A stretch of 64,000 bases of DNA from assembly GCA_951406725.2 (NCBI GenBank), contig OX597827.1, positions 65,844,001-65,908,000 on the forward strand, given 5' to 3'. A program made the position numbers and the translations under genes. The DNA is from Octopus vulgaris. Its lineage: Eukaryota. Positions 1 to 13,228 of the stretch are shown one piece after another. Numbering within the stretch: position 1 is the first letter of the stretch; each line of letters begins with the position of its first letter. The notes under the pieces were generated by a model, which had not been told where the DNA came from, searched no databases, and was given only the letters and a program-made list of their open reading frames with translations.

Positions 1-99
1 GTCTTCTCACGCTGAAATTTTATGCTTATCTAAGTGGCGATATAGTTTCCTCATGTATTTGAATAATATTATACATTTACTCATGTATCTTTGTATATT

Positions 100-150
<51 letters not shown>

Positions 151-340
151 GTGTGTGTGTGTGTGTGTGTGTAGGCGTAATATATATGTATGCGTTAGTG
201 CATGTGGTTGTGATGGTGTTTTGAAGCAGTACATAATGAAAGATGAAAGCCTCTTTCAATACGACGTACACTGTTATGTCTCAGAGTAAAATGTAGTTTA
301 CAATATAACCTAGATTATAAGATTTACGTGCGTAGAAATG

Positions 341-398
<58 letters not shown>

Positions 399-596
399 CG
401 TGTGTGAGCGTGTGAATGGTTGTGTGTTTGTGTGTATGTATTAGTGTGTAAATATGTATACACACATATATGTGTAATTACATATTTATATATATATTTA
501 GTTATATATATAAATGTATATATATATGTATGTATGCATATATGTATATATATATATTTGATATATATTTATATATATATATTTAATGTATATTCA

Positions 597-643
<47 letters not shown>

Positions 644-1797
644 ATAGATATACATATAAAACAGAGAGAGACAGAGGCAGAGAGAAACAGTTTCTACGAT
701 CACTACAGATATTGTATAAATATGAGTGTGAGTGTTTGTGTGAGTGTGTGCGCGCGCCTGTGTATGTAATTTTTGTGAACATTCTATAAACCAAGCTGTG
801 GGATCTTAAATAACGGGTTTCATACCTAGGGAGATATATAGTTAAATACAATGTTTGTTAATAACTAACTGCACGCTATATAGTACATTTCTGTTTCGAC
901 AGTTATGCTCCTTTCAATACAACTTCTATTTCAACCATCTAAAGGTCGAAATCTAACAAGAGCGCTGTGTATTATGTTATAAAGAAGCACAAAATGATAC
1001 CGATTCCATCTGTAGCACCTTTTATATAGTGACACATTGCATTAGCACTTTATATCTTTATATATTTGCAATTTAGTTTCTCCGGGCTGATATAATAGGT
1101 ATTCTTTAATCATGTTCAGTCTGTGAATCCCAACGATATATTTCGAGCATGGTGTCCTAAACATTTCTTTAATTGAAGGAAATTGACTTTAATTATTTAG
1201 TGGGGACAGTTCTGATATTTTTATACTGATGAATTTTTTCCAGTAAATCTAAGGTTCAATCTTCTCACAGATCGTGTGATATTCTGGCCAAATAAATATT
1301 ATACAATGAGTATACATGAACATGAAAATGTTAGATATTTGTTTTTATGCTGTTGCTTATCAAGAAGGGAGTTCATCTAAAACAGAATGACAAACGTTTT
1401 TATTCTTATACATTCAGTCACATTACTCATACAATGATATGATTATTGTTATCGAATAATTTCTTCATATAAAAAATATGCTTCACAACTCTAGCATGTT
1501 TTACGACTTCCTTGTAGGCAACTGATCTATGTATTTCTTTAATGTGTTAATAAAAGAAGGTACTTCTCGTGCAAGGAGCAGTCAAGAGATCTATAAATAC
1601 GGCGTCACGAGTGTCACCAGCAATTTTTTATGCACATCAGTAGTGTACAGAGAACGTGTTTGCATTTTTTATATGATTCACAATGAAAGTGTATATAATA
1701 GCAATTCATTGCAAATGTTGTTTCTGATTATCTGATATGCGATATGTTGTGAATACACATTCAGAAAACACACATACAGACACACAAACACACACAG

Positions 1798-1828
<31 letters not shown>

Positions 1829-1971
1829 AAGAGAGAGAGAATATATAATGAGTTTCCGGCAACTGACGTAAAGAAATGTGTTTATAGTACGAGTGTTCGG
1901 TTTAGCTTGCCACTAAAACTCCAGTTCCACCAGCAACAGACTTGGTGTTGAGACCGCCTATCAGAAGAGGC

Positions 1972-2012
<41 letters not shown>

Positions 2013-2187
2013 TAAGAAAGTTTGTTTGGTAAAGCACGTGGGTGAATATATAAGAAAATAGTAAAGTGTGAAAAAACGACAGAAGGCTTAAATGTTAAAA
2101 GATATATATATTTGTGTCAAAATGTCTGGAGAATATTGGAAAAATTTTTTTTCCTTTCCTTAAAATGACATAATTTTTAAATTTTTA

Positions 2188-2227
2188 AAGAAATTACCGG
2201 TTTCGCGTGTAGCTTTTCAAATTTCTT
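2188..2227 (-). ncRNA. Minimal type-I hammerhead ribozyme, U3-A8 core variant (PLE 3' repeat)
   Basis: Minus strand: aagaaat-TTGAAAA-gc tacac gc-GAAA-ccgg-TA-atttctt, giving a 7-bp stem I, 2-bp stem II and palindromic stem III ACCGGT. Confidence 0.72.
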
Positions 2228-2362
2228 GTGACGTTATGTTTATATTGCATGGATTTATCGTTGTTTTTATTTCCAGGAGATTTCTAAATAAGGGGAGGTA
2301 GTGAGTGATTTTTCCGGTGTAGGGGAGATAATCGCTTAAAAAATTTTTTTCCCATTTCCTTA

Positions 2363-2738
2363 TTAATTTCTCTGTGTCAGTATGTTCGGATGGTTGAGTC
2401 TGGGTTTGTACTTTTCAATGAAGAATGTTTCCTTGTTCAGTCTCATTTGTGTTGATGATCCGAAAGCACATTGGTAAAATGGGAAGATTAAAAATTGTGG
2501 CAGTAGTTGCTTTGCGCATTTCTCAATGTGCTCACTAAAAGGTATCATTCTATATTCTGGGAATGCAATCTGTTGTCGATGCAGTGTGCATCTGCGCCTG
2601 AGTGATAGTCCCGTGGAACCCACGTAGTCTTGGTGGCAGCCCGAGCATTTAATAACATAAATTATGTTTTCAGAGGCACAAGTAAAGTTAGATTTGATCT
2701 TAAATTTCTGTCCTTCTTTAAAGAAGAATTCTGATCCT
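2363..2738 (-). pseudogene. PLE GIY-YIG endonuclease fragment (left arm)
   Basis: Translation FTCASENIIYVIKCSGCHQDYVGST..LRRRCTLH..RLNKETFFI..PRLN matches the GIY-YIG motif order (IY-YVG, R, H, E, N). The N-terminus of the listed ORF 2363..2830 is antisense read-through across the palindrome centre. Confidence 0.88.
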
Positions 2739-2739
2739 G

Positions 2740-3131
2740 GTCCTAACCTATTGGAAGGATCAGAATTCTTCTTTAAAGAAGGACAGAAATTTAAGATCAA
2801 ATCTAACTTTACTTGTGCCTCTGAAAACATAATTTATGTTATTAAATGCTCGGGCTGCCACCAAGACTACGTGGGTTCCACGGGACTATCACTCAGGCGC
2901 AGATGCACACTGCATCGACAACAGATTGCATTCCCAGAATATAGAATGATACCTTTTAGTGAGCACATTGAGAAATGCGCAAAGCAACTACTGCCACAAT
3001 TTTTAATCTTCCCATTTTACCAATGTGCTTTCGGATCATCAACACAAATGAGACTGAACAAGGAAACATTCTTCATTGAAAAGTACAAACCCAGACTCAA
3101 CCATCCGAACATACTGACACAGAGAAATTAA
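2740..3131 (+). pseudogene. PLE GIY-YIG endonuclease fragment (right arm)
   Basis: Same peptide as the left arm and as 22922..23374, 5'-truncated at PNLLEGSEF. Confidence 0.88.
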
Positions 3132-3264
3132 CAAGGAAATGGGAAAAAATTTTTTAAGCGATTATCTCCCTACACCGGAAAAATCACTCACTACCTCCCC
3201 TTATTTAGAAATCTCCTGGAAATAAAAACAACGATAAATCCATGCAATATAAACATAACGTCAC

Positions 3265-3304
3265 AAGAAATTTGAAAAGCTACACGCGAAACCGGTAATT
3301 TCTT
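3265..3304 (+). ncRNA. Minimal type-I hammerhead ribozyme, U3-A8 core variant (PLE 3' repeat)
   Basis: aagaaat-TTGAAAA-gc tacac gc-GAAA-ccgg-TA-atttctt; identical to the other three copies. Confidence 0.72.
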
Positions 3305-3468
3305 TAAAAATTTAAAAATTATGTCATTTTAAGGAAAGGAAAAAAAATTTTTCCAATATTCTCCAGACATTTTGACACAAATATATATATCTTTTAACAT
3401 TTAAGCCTTCTGTCGTTTTTTCACACTTTACTATTTTCTTATATATATATATATATATACATATATAT

Positions 3469-3605
3469 GGCCGTAGGCGTGGCTGCGTTGTAAGTCGCTT
3501 GCTTCCTAACCACATGACTCTACAAGTGCCCTCTAGTATAGCTTCGGGCCAACCAAAGCCATGTGAGTAGATTTGGTAGGTGGAAATTGAAAATATCTCG
3601 TCGAA
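3469..3605 (+). mobile_element. tRNA-derived SINE family A, degenerate 5' part
   Basis: ggccgtaggcgtggctgcgttgtaag...gccatgtgagtagatttggtagg matches the head of the full copies at 31877 and 39569. Confidence 0.7.
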
Positions 3606-3651
3606 TATATATATATATATATATATACATACACACTATCAATCGAATTAT

Positions 3652-3707
<56 letters not shown>

Positions 3708-4022
3708 TGTGTGTGCGTGTATGTATGTTTATATGGAAGGGTGTATGCGTTGTATCTTGCATGTTTCTAGCCCTGAAAAATAGCAGTTCCGTAAGAGATA
3801 ATGATGGAAGAAGTACTGAAATTCTACGCTAAAAAAGAAACCGCCAAAATGATGCTCAGGCATGTCCAGAGTCCAATGACTGGAACGAATAAAAAGTAAG
3901 TAAAATACGTATATAAATGTGTAGGTGACGGAGACAGAGATAGAGAGAGAGGAAATGTGAATGTGAGTCTCCGTCTTACGTATACATGTATGTATGCAGA
4001 CGTATCTCATTTCTTGCATTTA

Positions 4023-4085
<63 letters not shown>

Positions 4086-6332
4086 TATCAATCGAATTCT
4101 ACCAACGGATGGTCACATGTCACATCCAATTCGTGCATTCCTTTAGGTACTTACTTCTCCGTACTGCTTTATAGACGCCATATTTCATCCAAGACACACA
4201 TTTAGAATGATGTCCTTTAAACGATAATTAAATACATACATGATCGTACATATTCTAGGGCATCTCACAGAATCTATTTAATTGGTTGGACATGTTATGT
4301 TTATTTCCGATGGAATATTAATAGGACTCTAAATGCCATGCAGTAAAGCATCGGAATTTATCAAGCAGTAATGGTAATGTATTATGACATATATTCCGTG
4401 CTTGCTTAATTAGATCATTCATATATGCAAAACACTTTTGGCGAAGTGCTGTTGCGGCTGTAAAGATGTAAATTCGATAGATTCGTTTGCAAGCGGAAGA
4501 AGCAAACGATGTAAGTATTTGGGTAATAAACCGAATCATGTTGATTGGCAGTTGTAAAAATATAACACGAAACACAATAATTATCATAATTCTTCCAATG
4601 TTTGCCATACCAGCAGTCTTACATCATCATAAAGAATTATTATAATTCTTCCTCAGTTTGGCATAACAACAGCGTTGCATCAACTCCAGGATTCATCTGA
4701 CATTTTATTTTAATCACCATGAAAGGAAGGCAAATTTGATCTCGCACAATGAAAAGCCACAAAAGCTGTCGCAGAATAACAAAAATACTGTCAGGAGTAT
4801 TATTGAGCAGTCATTCAATGCAACGATATGGATAAGGTTTCCCTCATGTTGCCAGTAATGACAGCGAAATCCGGTTTTAAACACCTTAAGATAAATCGCT
4901 CTTTCCGTCATATATAATATCGAGTTTCCTGAAAAGGAAAGTGTTACACACTGCGCGAAATCTCTAGGTGTTTGATCGCCCAATGTTTTTTACATGGAGC
5001 GCTGCATCATGTAACAATATGCCTATTCAGTTATTTCTTAATCAGTATTTAAGACATTCGATTTAGACTCCATACTGTAGTGATGGAAGCAATTTAAAAA
5101 GAAATGAGTGGCTTTAAACTGTAGTGTTTTTTTCTTTTTCTATGCTTCGTTGGGCACATGTGTGTATGCGTGTTTGCGTGTGTGTGCATAAGCATTTGTG
5201 TGCACGCATGTTTCCGTAATATTCAAAACACACAGAACAACATAAACAAATGTGTCACCTGCCGGTTTTTACACTTAGTTCTTCTACTGCTTATTAGAAT
5301 GACGAGAATTCCCGAATATTTTGCCTGTCTATTTAAACATATAATCTGAAACATCATACATTTCTACGCTTCACGATAACCAAAATTATTGGCAACTACA
5401 ACTGCTTTCAAATATACTTACTGTTACAGGATTTAGCTACCATTGAAATTCGAACCCGAATGTTTACGTCCTACACCCAAAAAATGCGCGAGTAACAGCA
5501 TTACTATATTTAGTAAAACAGAACGATGATAATTGTTACGGTGAGCTGGCAGAAACGTTAGCACGCCGGGTGAAATGCTTAGCTGTATTTCGTCTGCCGT
5601 TACAACATTTCTGTGGTTGATATGTTCTTGTGTAACCAGAAGACTGGCCAAAGCATCTTACCTTGTGTACATTGTGAGAATGACTTGGAAGACCCTTAAT
5701 ACACATGTATCATATCCGGCCATTTCATGATCACTTTTAACATATTGCGTAATTCGCAGTTTTAAAAGAGCTCTCGGGACAAGAAAAAGTCAATATTAGC
5801 TGGGCGATTAATCGAGGCAAAACGGATAGAAGAGAGAATATTTATTAAATTTTAATGCAGGAAATAAGTGAACAGTGTGTGTCCAGAAAAGCATAACATC
5901 TTTTGCAATTTGCATGCCTAACACAGCTGACAGTTGTGATATACAGCTGAGATTTGCGCAAGATAAGCTGCTTCCAGGAATATGTTGATAACATTTGCGA
6001 TATAATGGCGTTCCCTCCAGATCTCAAGAATATGATGTGTCAGATAATGCAGTAACTGTCCTGACTAAAATTTTATCTTAAAATAAAACTCATAGGTTTT
6101 CTTCATGCAATATACAAACAAAAATTTGGTAAATTGAGGGGCGTTACAAATTAGCATTAACAATGCAATTTTCATAATCATTATATACTGTATACACTTC
6201 CAATAACAGCATTATATGTGCTTAATAGTTAGTTGGTGACAAAATAGATTTCAGCAGAAATTGTTCCACCTGTATGTGATGAATATAATTTCAAATTTCT
6301 GTACATACACACACACACATATATATATATAT

Positions 6333-6528
6333 AGGGAGAATTCACGAAAAAAAACAACAACAAAAGACGAAGACAGGTGGTGTACAAAACAAACACATGT
6401 ATCATTATAAAGCTCAGGAATAGAAAAAAGTCTTTTACGTTTCGAGCCTACGCTCTTCCACAGAAAGGAACACAGAAAGAAACAAGGAGAGAAAATAAGG
6501 TTTGTAGTGGCTACCGATCTATCATGGC

Positions 6529-6530
<2 letters not shown>
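6333..6530 (-). repeat. Small interspersed repeat in (TA)n with an HHR-like motif (6432-6467)
   Basis: Reverse-complement homologue of 8925-9090. Motif cttt-CTGTGGA-a-gagc gtag gctc-GAAA-cg-TA-aaag. Confidence 0.6.
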
Positions 6531-6564
<34 letters not shown>

Positions 6565-6567
<3 letters not shown>

Positions 6568-7382
6568 GGTTTGGTCAATAAGTACCCGGATTGGTGCTAT
6601 AAAATCTATGTAGAACACGTACGAATTTTATATTTAATCTCCTTCAGAGTAGTCCTTAATCCAGTGCTGTATTCATTGATGGAAGCATTCCTGGAACTCT
6701 GGGATAATTAGCAGCTGCATCGTCGCATTCGCTTTGATATCCTCGAAGGCCTGAAATCTTCCTTACAAGCGTGATTTGCGTTTTGAAAAGAGGAAAAATT
6801 TGCAAGGGGAGAAATCTAGAGAACACAGTGTCTGTCGAACCTGAGAAATGCTGTGCCTAACTAAAAATTACAGCACAAGCTGCGCTGAATGTGCAGTAAA
6901 GTAGTCAGCTGAACGTAGTTTTGGCACAAACTTGGCAGACGTGCGTCTCATACCGTAATCTTCAGTAGTAATGAATGGACAGAACTGAACCGTAACTAAT
7001 CTGCACATCTGATAACTCACAGATGGTGAGTCGACGATTTCCCCTCACAGATGCACACTCATCTGCGATATATTTCTCAGTACTCATTGTTCTCGTCTCA
7101 TGCACTCCGCTCCATACGCTTTCTGCAACTTTGCGTAGACCTTTCAGCGGGTATCGACAAGATTTTGGCCAAATGTGATGCAGATTCGTGGCCAATGCGA
7201 CGATCACACGCTTCACTCGTTCCCTCCAAGCAAGCACTGCTGTAAACATAGAAAATGAGCTAGAACGTTAAAACATAGTTGGCATGCACTGAACAGAGTT
7301 CAATCTGTGCCAAGTGGCTTAACTCTGCGTGCTTTTTTTTCTTTACTATGGCAACAGTCCGTGTACATTTGGTCCGACCACG
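6565..7382 (-). mobile_element. Decayed, internally deleted mariner-family DNA transposon
   Basis: Imperfect TIRs (cgaggtttggtcaataagtacccggattggtgctata / tatggcaacagtccgtgtacatttggtccgaccacg). Minus-strand remnants GNRRLTICELSDVQISYGSVLSI and GMRRTSAKFVPKL fit the mariner HTH and WVP-type linker. Confidence 0.75.
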
Positions 7383-8274
7383 CAAATATATTTATATGTA
7401 TGTGTGTGTATGTGTGTGTGTGCGTGTATATGTATGTGTGTGTGTGTGTGTGCGTGTGTGTGTGTATGTATGTATGTGTTATCTTGTAACCTTTCAAGAG
7501 GCTGAACGTCGCAGTAGGTATGTCACATTATACAGAAGCATAACATAAATATTTCAGATTTCGTGTTGTTTGACGCCTGGAGACTGAAGCTAATTCCGGG
7601 GAAATTCTTACATTTCCAACATATAATTCCTAACATATCACTGTATACGAAGATCCACGAGCAAAGTAAAGAAAAACTGAAATAAGAGGAAGTCAAACAT
7701 GAAAGTAATATCCAATTCCTCTATTTAATATCATAGTTCGTATTACAACAAAGAGATAGTATGCCGGATGAAAAGAAATTTATTGAAATAAGACAAACAA
7801 TTTTATATAAGTATTTGAATATTAGCAGGATAAAATATTATGAATTTTACAGAAGACATATATTATGAATTTCATAATACGAAGACGAATTTTATATAAT
7901 GTAAAACCGTTAAAACACGGAGTTTTGTTTCATGTAATAATATTTTATTGTAAACAAAATAAATATAGTAACAAATTAACAAAATGCTCGTATAATAATG
8001 ACGGAAAGTAATGAAAGATAAAGTATAAATATATAATTCTATAATGAATAATTTTATTGAAAACAGTAGCAAGAGGAGCAGCGACATATTATTGTATTTC
8101 GACGAATAAAATTAAATCTATTCGATACGCAAAAAATTGAAATGAAATATTAATTGGACGTTCGACAGTATATCATAAATGATGATCAGAATCTTAACGC
8201 CGGGTACAATCTAATGAAATGACCATAGTGATTCGGTCATGTGTATCTCGTTGGAGCATTCATTATGTAAACGT

Positions 8275-8341
<67 letters not shown>

Positions 8342-8345
<4 letters not shown>

Positions 8346-8920
8346 ATAAATATTAGGGAATAAATCCAAATTTACAGGGGAAAAATCAGATTTAGGATTA
8401 AATCCAATTTTATAGTAAAATATTATATAATATTAATTAGAGACAAAACCACTATTTTGTAAAACAAACAAGGAAAGACTTAATCAATATATAAAATTTT
8501 CATAAAAAGTAAAAAAAACCCACCACTACAATTGTTTCATGTCCTCAATGACAATCTTCAGGTGGATTTCCGATCTAAAATATCAATACATTAAAATATA
8601 ATTTTAAAATAATTTCAAAATAATAAAAAAATATAAATATATAATCTATATATAACCTATATATAGTCCATATATAATCAATATATAATCTAAAATCAAC
8701 CCTATCAACAATTAAATATAAAACAAAAAGATAAATAAACTATATATACACACATACGCATACACTTATAACTAAGTATATATAACCATATCTAAACACA
8801 TACACTAACTCACACACCTATATATATATATCCCTATACATACACATAAAAACGTCTAGGCAACGATACATAAATAAATAAATAAAATAGCCAAATACTT
8901 CAACACATTACTTATTCATA
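8342..8920 (-). repeat. AT-rich interspersed element next to (TA)n, probably derived from a PLE terminal repeat
   Basis: Contains an HHR at 8523-8565. Its left end (gggaataaatccaaatttacagggg..atttaggatt) recurs at ~40732-40780. Confidence 0.5.
8523..8565 (-). ncRNA. Minimal type-I hammerhead ribozyme, canonical core
   Basis: Minus strand: ccac-CTGAAGA-t tgtc attgag gaca t-GAAA-caattg-TA-gtgg; palindromic stem III ACAATTGT, GUA cleavage triplet. Confidence 0.8.
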
Positions 8921-8924
8921 CTCC

Positions 8925-9090
8925 CTCACACATTTTTTCTCCCCTTGTTTTTTCTCTGTCCCTTTCTGTAGAAGAGCGTAGGCTCGAAACATAAAAGACT
9001 TTTTTCTATCCCTGAGCGTTATACTAATATATCTGTTTGTTTTGTACAACACCTGTCTTCGTCTTTTGCTTTTTTCGTAAACTTTCCCTA
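8925..9090 (+). repeat. Second copy of the 6333-6530 repeat, with HHR-like motif at 8962-8997
   Basis: cttt-CTGTAGA-a-gagc gtag gctc-GAAA-ca-TA-aaag, followed by acacctgtcttcgtcttttg shared with the 6.4-kb copy. Confidence 0.6.
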
Positions 9091-9419
9091 TATATATATA
9101 TATATATATATATATTTCTACATATCTATTTTCTTTCCTCCACTTCTCTCTCTATTTTGTATCCCATTTAAATTAACTGTTACTTAACCATCCTCTCACA
9201 CCGTTTCCGATAAAAGGATATAATTAATAAATATCCTGGAAACAGCTATAAGACCTTCTATCTATAAATGTTCTATCTACACAGCATTGTTTGTTTTATC
9301 CCATTACACAAAAAAATCGTATATATGTATATGAGTGTGTGTGTGTATGTATATATGTGTGCATGTATATATGCACATATATTCCCATATATGCATGCAT
9401 GTACATATATATGTCTACA

Positions 9420-9488
<69 letters not shown>

Positions 9489-9509
9489 GCATATATATTT
9501 ATGCTTATT

Positions 9510-9700
9510 CTTTTATTTCTTTTACTTGCTTCAGTCATTTACTGCGACCATAATTTAGTCTAATAAATCGAACCGGGACTTATTCTGTTTAAGCCTAGTT
9601 CTCATTCTACCGGATGCTTTTCTCGAACCTCTAAGTTACGGGAACATAAACGCACCAAAATCGGTTCTCAAGCGATGGCGGGGACAAACACAGACACACA
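9510..9700 (-). mobile_element. SINE family A, 3' half
   Basis: cttttacttg..cagtcattt and ctaagttacggg..acataaac match the family A tail. Confidence 0.7.
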
Positions 9701-9716
9701 TGCATATACATATATA

Positions 9717-9900
9717 CGGTGTCTGATCATTAATTATCGGGTCTGTTGTCATAGTAACGAAGCTAAAGCAAGCACAGAGAAGCCTAGAACTCTGCTTTGC
9801 ATGCCAAATAAATCTTGACATTCTAGCTTATTTTCGCTGTTTGTAGCTGTGCTTGAAAGGAAGGTGTGTAGTGTGTAATCGTGAGTTCTGGAGATCATAC
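9717..9900 (+). mobile_element. Mariner terminal fragment (same family as 6565-7382)
   Basis: cggtgtctgatcattaattatcgggtctgttgtcatagtaacgaagctaaagcaagcacagag is the reverse complement of the 7320-7382 end. Confidence 0.6.
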
Positions 9901-10644
9901 TCTATTACTGCAATATGTCCCGCGGTACGCTGACATTATATATATTTTTTCGGAATGTACTTTGAATTCCTTCCACACTGGATCCTTGTCTGTAAAGTAG
10001 CACTGGTCGACCTAGTTCTCAAGTATATATATATTTTTTTCGTATTTAGCATATGGACTTCTATAGCTGAAAACTTCTATGACTGAAAACGGTTAATATT
10101 TTGATAATTAGTTTGAGACGTAATCAAATTTATTTTTCTAATTTGATAACAACTTTAGATACCAATATATAATTTCATATTATATGTAGTTATCTAAAGT
10201 TCCTCGATGTCTTGAGGGTGCAACAACGTCTCTGCAATTTCTAGCTGTTTGGCGATGTTTGTCACAATTATATTAATATGTTCCACGCATAGAAATAAGA
10301 CAACAATCTCGTGTCACGATTGGAAATAGGTCAATAATGACGTATCGCTATGTATGTTAGCTATAAGGTTATCTTTGAAACTGCATTCTTTACACGTGTA
10401 ATTTTAGGATCATATATATAGAAATCGATGTATTACTGTACGTGTGCGTCTCATCACAGACACACGCTCATTTATATGTATAAACGTGTATATATGCATG
10501 CACGAACAACTGGGTATCGCTATATCTATCGCACTCCTTCATTCTCTCTCACTAAATAAACATACTATCACACACACATATACATGTATAAGTGAATATG
10601 AATATACATACACACTCACATATACATATATATATATATATATG

Positions 10645-11220
10645 CTGCGATAGTCAAACTGTCGCCGTTTTATATTTCTTATTTCGAGCATGCACATTGT
10701 TTTTGATTTAGTCGACTACACAGTATAGTAGGGTCAGTTGGGCACCCTCCGCGAGAAAAATAGCACCATGACGAAGTTAACTTTGTCAGAAAATTGAAAA
10801 AATGACATGCTGTACTGCTTGGTATTCGCACTCGAAACTCCAATACTAACATTTAATAATTTTTTGCTGTCAACCTGAGGACTGTGCAGATGATTCTGAA
10901 AGAGTTGGATGGGTCTAATTATGATTGCACTGCTACGACAGATCCGAAAACTCTGATCGTATTGACAAGAAAAGAACTGAATTTATTTGTGAAATCCAGG
11001 CCATGTTTGACAACGATCCCTCCAAGTCAATCAGGTCCATCGTCAGGGACATGGGTGTGTGTGAGTTTCTTATCAGGCAGCTAGTGAATGATAACATTAG
11101 GTATTCCTCATTCAAAATGAGAAAGGGGCAATTTTATCACAAGGCTTGAAGAACAAGAGGAAAGACCATGGTACGAATGAGTTCAATGAACTCAAGCTTC
11201 CCCTCCAAACGAAAAACCTT
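10645..11220 (+). mobile_element. Decayed Tc1/mariner-superfamily transposase fragment (N-terminal HTH)
   Basis: MFDNDPSKSIRSIVRDMGVCEFLIRQLVNDNIRYSSFKMRKGQF fits the 'NP..SIR.IAR..GVS...IR.....DL...SYK' HTH pattern; frameshifted. Confidence 0.65.
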
Positions 11221-12200
11221 GCGAAACACTCCCGTACAGTTCTTTCGGATAAAGAAATATTACCCGTAAACTGCGAATATTTCTTTGGTTGCTTGTGAGG
11301 CATTTTTCCCTTTACGGATAAAGAAAAGCATCAAGTGCCGAAAATGAACATTATCTTCCATTTTAAAGAGTTACAGATTTAACATAGGTTATAGGAACGT
11401 AACCCTTCTTCCACGAAAATATAGCTTAAACTGTGCTCTAAATGGAGGTGAAGTCAAATCCTGTTTTATGGACTCAACCATGTTCTAAAATAATTCGAAA
11501 GTGAAGCTACTATAAATTGGCACGAACTTTCCGGACAACTCAATATATGTGCTCCTGTAGCGGTATAGCCGCCATGATTCCTTAATAAATTCATGTATTT
11601 AATTCCGAGCGGTAGGTTCATTTTCATTTACCGTGTCAAATAAAGCCTCATCCATTACTAATGAATAAGAGAGCATCTATTTGATTGCTCGAAAATAGTG
11701 AAACACTCGATAAATCGCCCTAAAGAAAAAGAAAAACTCAACTAAGTCGAAATGAAATATATCTGTTAAATATAAAGACAGAGTAAAACCAATATATCAC
11801 TGAAGTGAATCGAGCAGAGACATTGATTTAATTCTTCTCACGATCACGACGAATACATTGACCAGTCTGACACTGTGGCCTCGACCTAACAAGAGACAAT
11901 CTATGTAAAAATCATAACAGCCAGCCTTAAAAGCGGACATATTGAATAATGCAGTCTGGAAAACAATATATGCCCGGATGAACAAGGCATTGTCTAAGTG
12001 TCATTGACTCTTATCATAGTTAATGACCGCTGTGTTCGCTATAACGCAAAATATATGAAAGTAATTTCTTTTGTTCGTATTACAGAAAAACTTGCTTTTA
12101 AGCAAAAATATTGCTGGCCATCAAATAGATGTGACTATCATTCAATGTGTTTGTGTTCGTGTGTGTTCATACATGTGTATATATACATATACATGCATAC

Positions 12201-12294
<94 letters not shown>

Positions 12295-12355
12295 AAACCC
12301 ATATATATATATACTGATAAACGTATGTATCTCTTTATGTATATATCTATTTGCC

Positions 12356-12410
<55 letters not shown>

Positions 12411-12546
12411 TTATATGAATGTACGTATGTATATATCAAAGGTTGAACAGATATAACTCTGCTACGCCTAAACTTTTCTCTTTATTGTTTTCTGTCTGCT
12501 TAACCATTGATACATCCATATATTGCAACGCTCACCCTGTTTGTTT

Positions 12547-12583
<37 letters not shown>

Positions 12584-13228
12584 GGTGGTGCAATAAATAA
12601 ATTGTCGTCTAGATTACGTAAAATGTTTCGATTAAAGGCGGTGCTCCAGCGTGGCTGCAGTCATATGACTGAAAGAAATAAAAGAAATACAAGATTATTT
12701 GTGAGTGTATGTGTGTGTGTATGTGAGCCATTTTACGTACATACACACACATATGTCTATAAGTGTGAGTGAGCAAACGATACCAAGTGTTACTGCAACG
12801 TCACAACTACAGTTCTAGCCGTGTTGTTCATCCAGTCTTTACATAACTTAACACCGACAAAACTTTTTTTCCTCCCACGTAAAGTTTGCTGCCACTAATG
12901 TGTTAATACACCGTTAACAATGATTGAGCTAGAAATACTAAACAAAATCCTATATTATGTGTGTGTAGTACAAAATGTGATTAACTGATGCTATTAGACA
13001 CACTTTCCCTGTAATTTGGCGCCAAAGTAGCTACAAATCCCTGCCAACATCCTGTTCGAGCAAGTACAAAGAAAAGAACTTGTCTCGCTTATCACATAAT
13101 TGAGACCAGGCGATTTGATAAGATTTGCCAATAGACACCTAAGATCTAGAAACCAACTTGAATTTGGCTCAAATCCGTTACTTTTCCCTCGATATCTGAT
13201 GAGATATGATTATGCTCTTTTACTGTAT

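Larger units (their letters stand above)
2011..3445. mobile_element. Penelope-like element (PLE) 3' region as a head-to-head palindrome (two GIY-YIG + 3'UTR arms) inserted in (TA)n
   Basis: 2011-2738 is the reverse complement of 2756-3445 apart from a 35-bp extension on the left arm; the spacer is 17 bp (2739-2755). Both arms are near-identical to 22606-23300 and 24527-25260, and both ends run into (TA)n. Confidence 0.93.

Noticed and set aside
2363-3131. Two 155-aa ORFs as intact standalone endonuclease genes
   Set aside because: Their ATG and first ~25 aa are antisense sequence from the opposite palindrome arm; they are truncated PLE fragments.
4300-5040. Possible hAT transposase remnant (GFRCH..EGNL)
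   Set aside because: A single weak motif and no TIRs identified.
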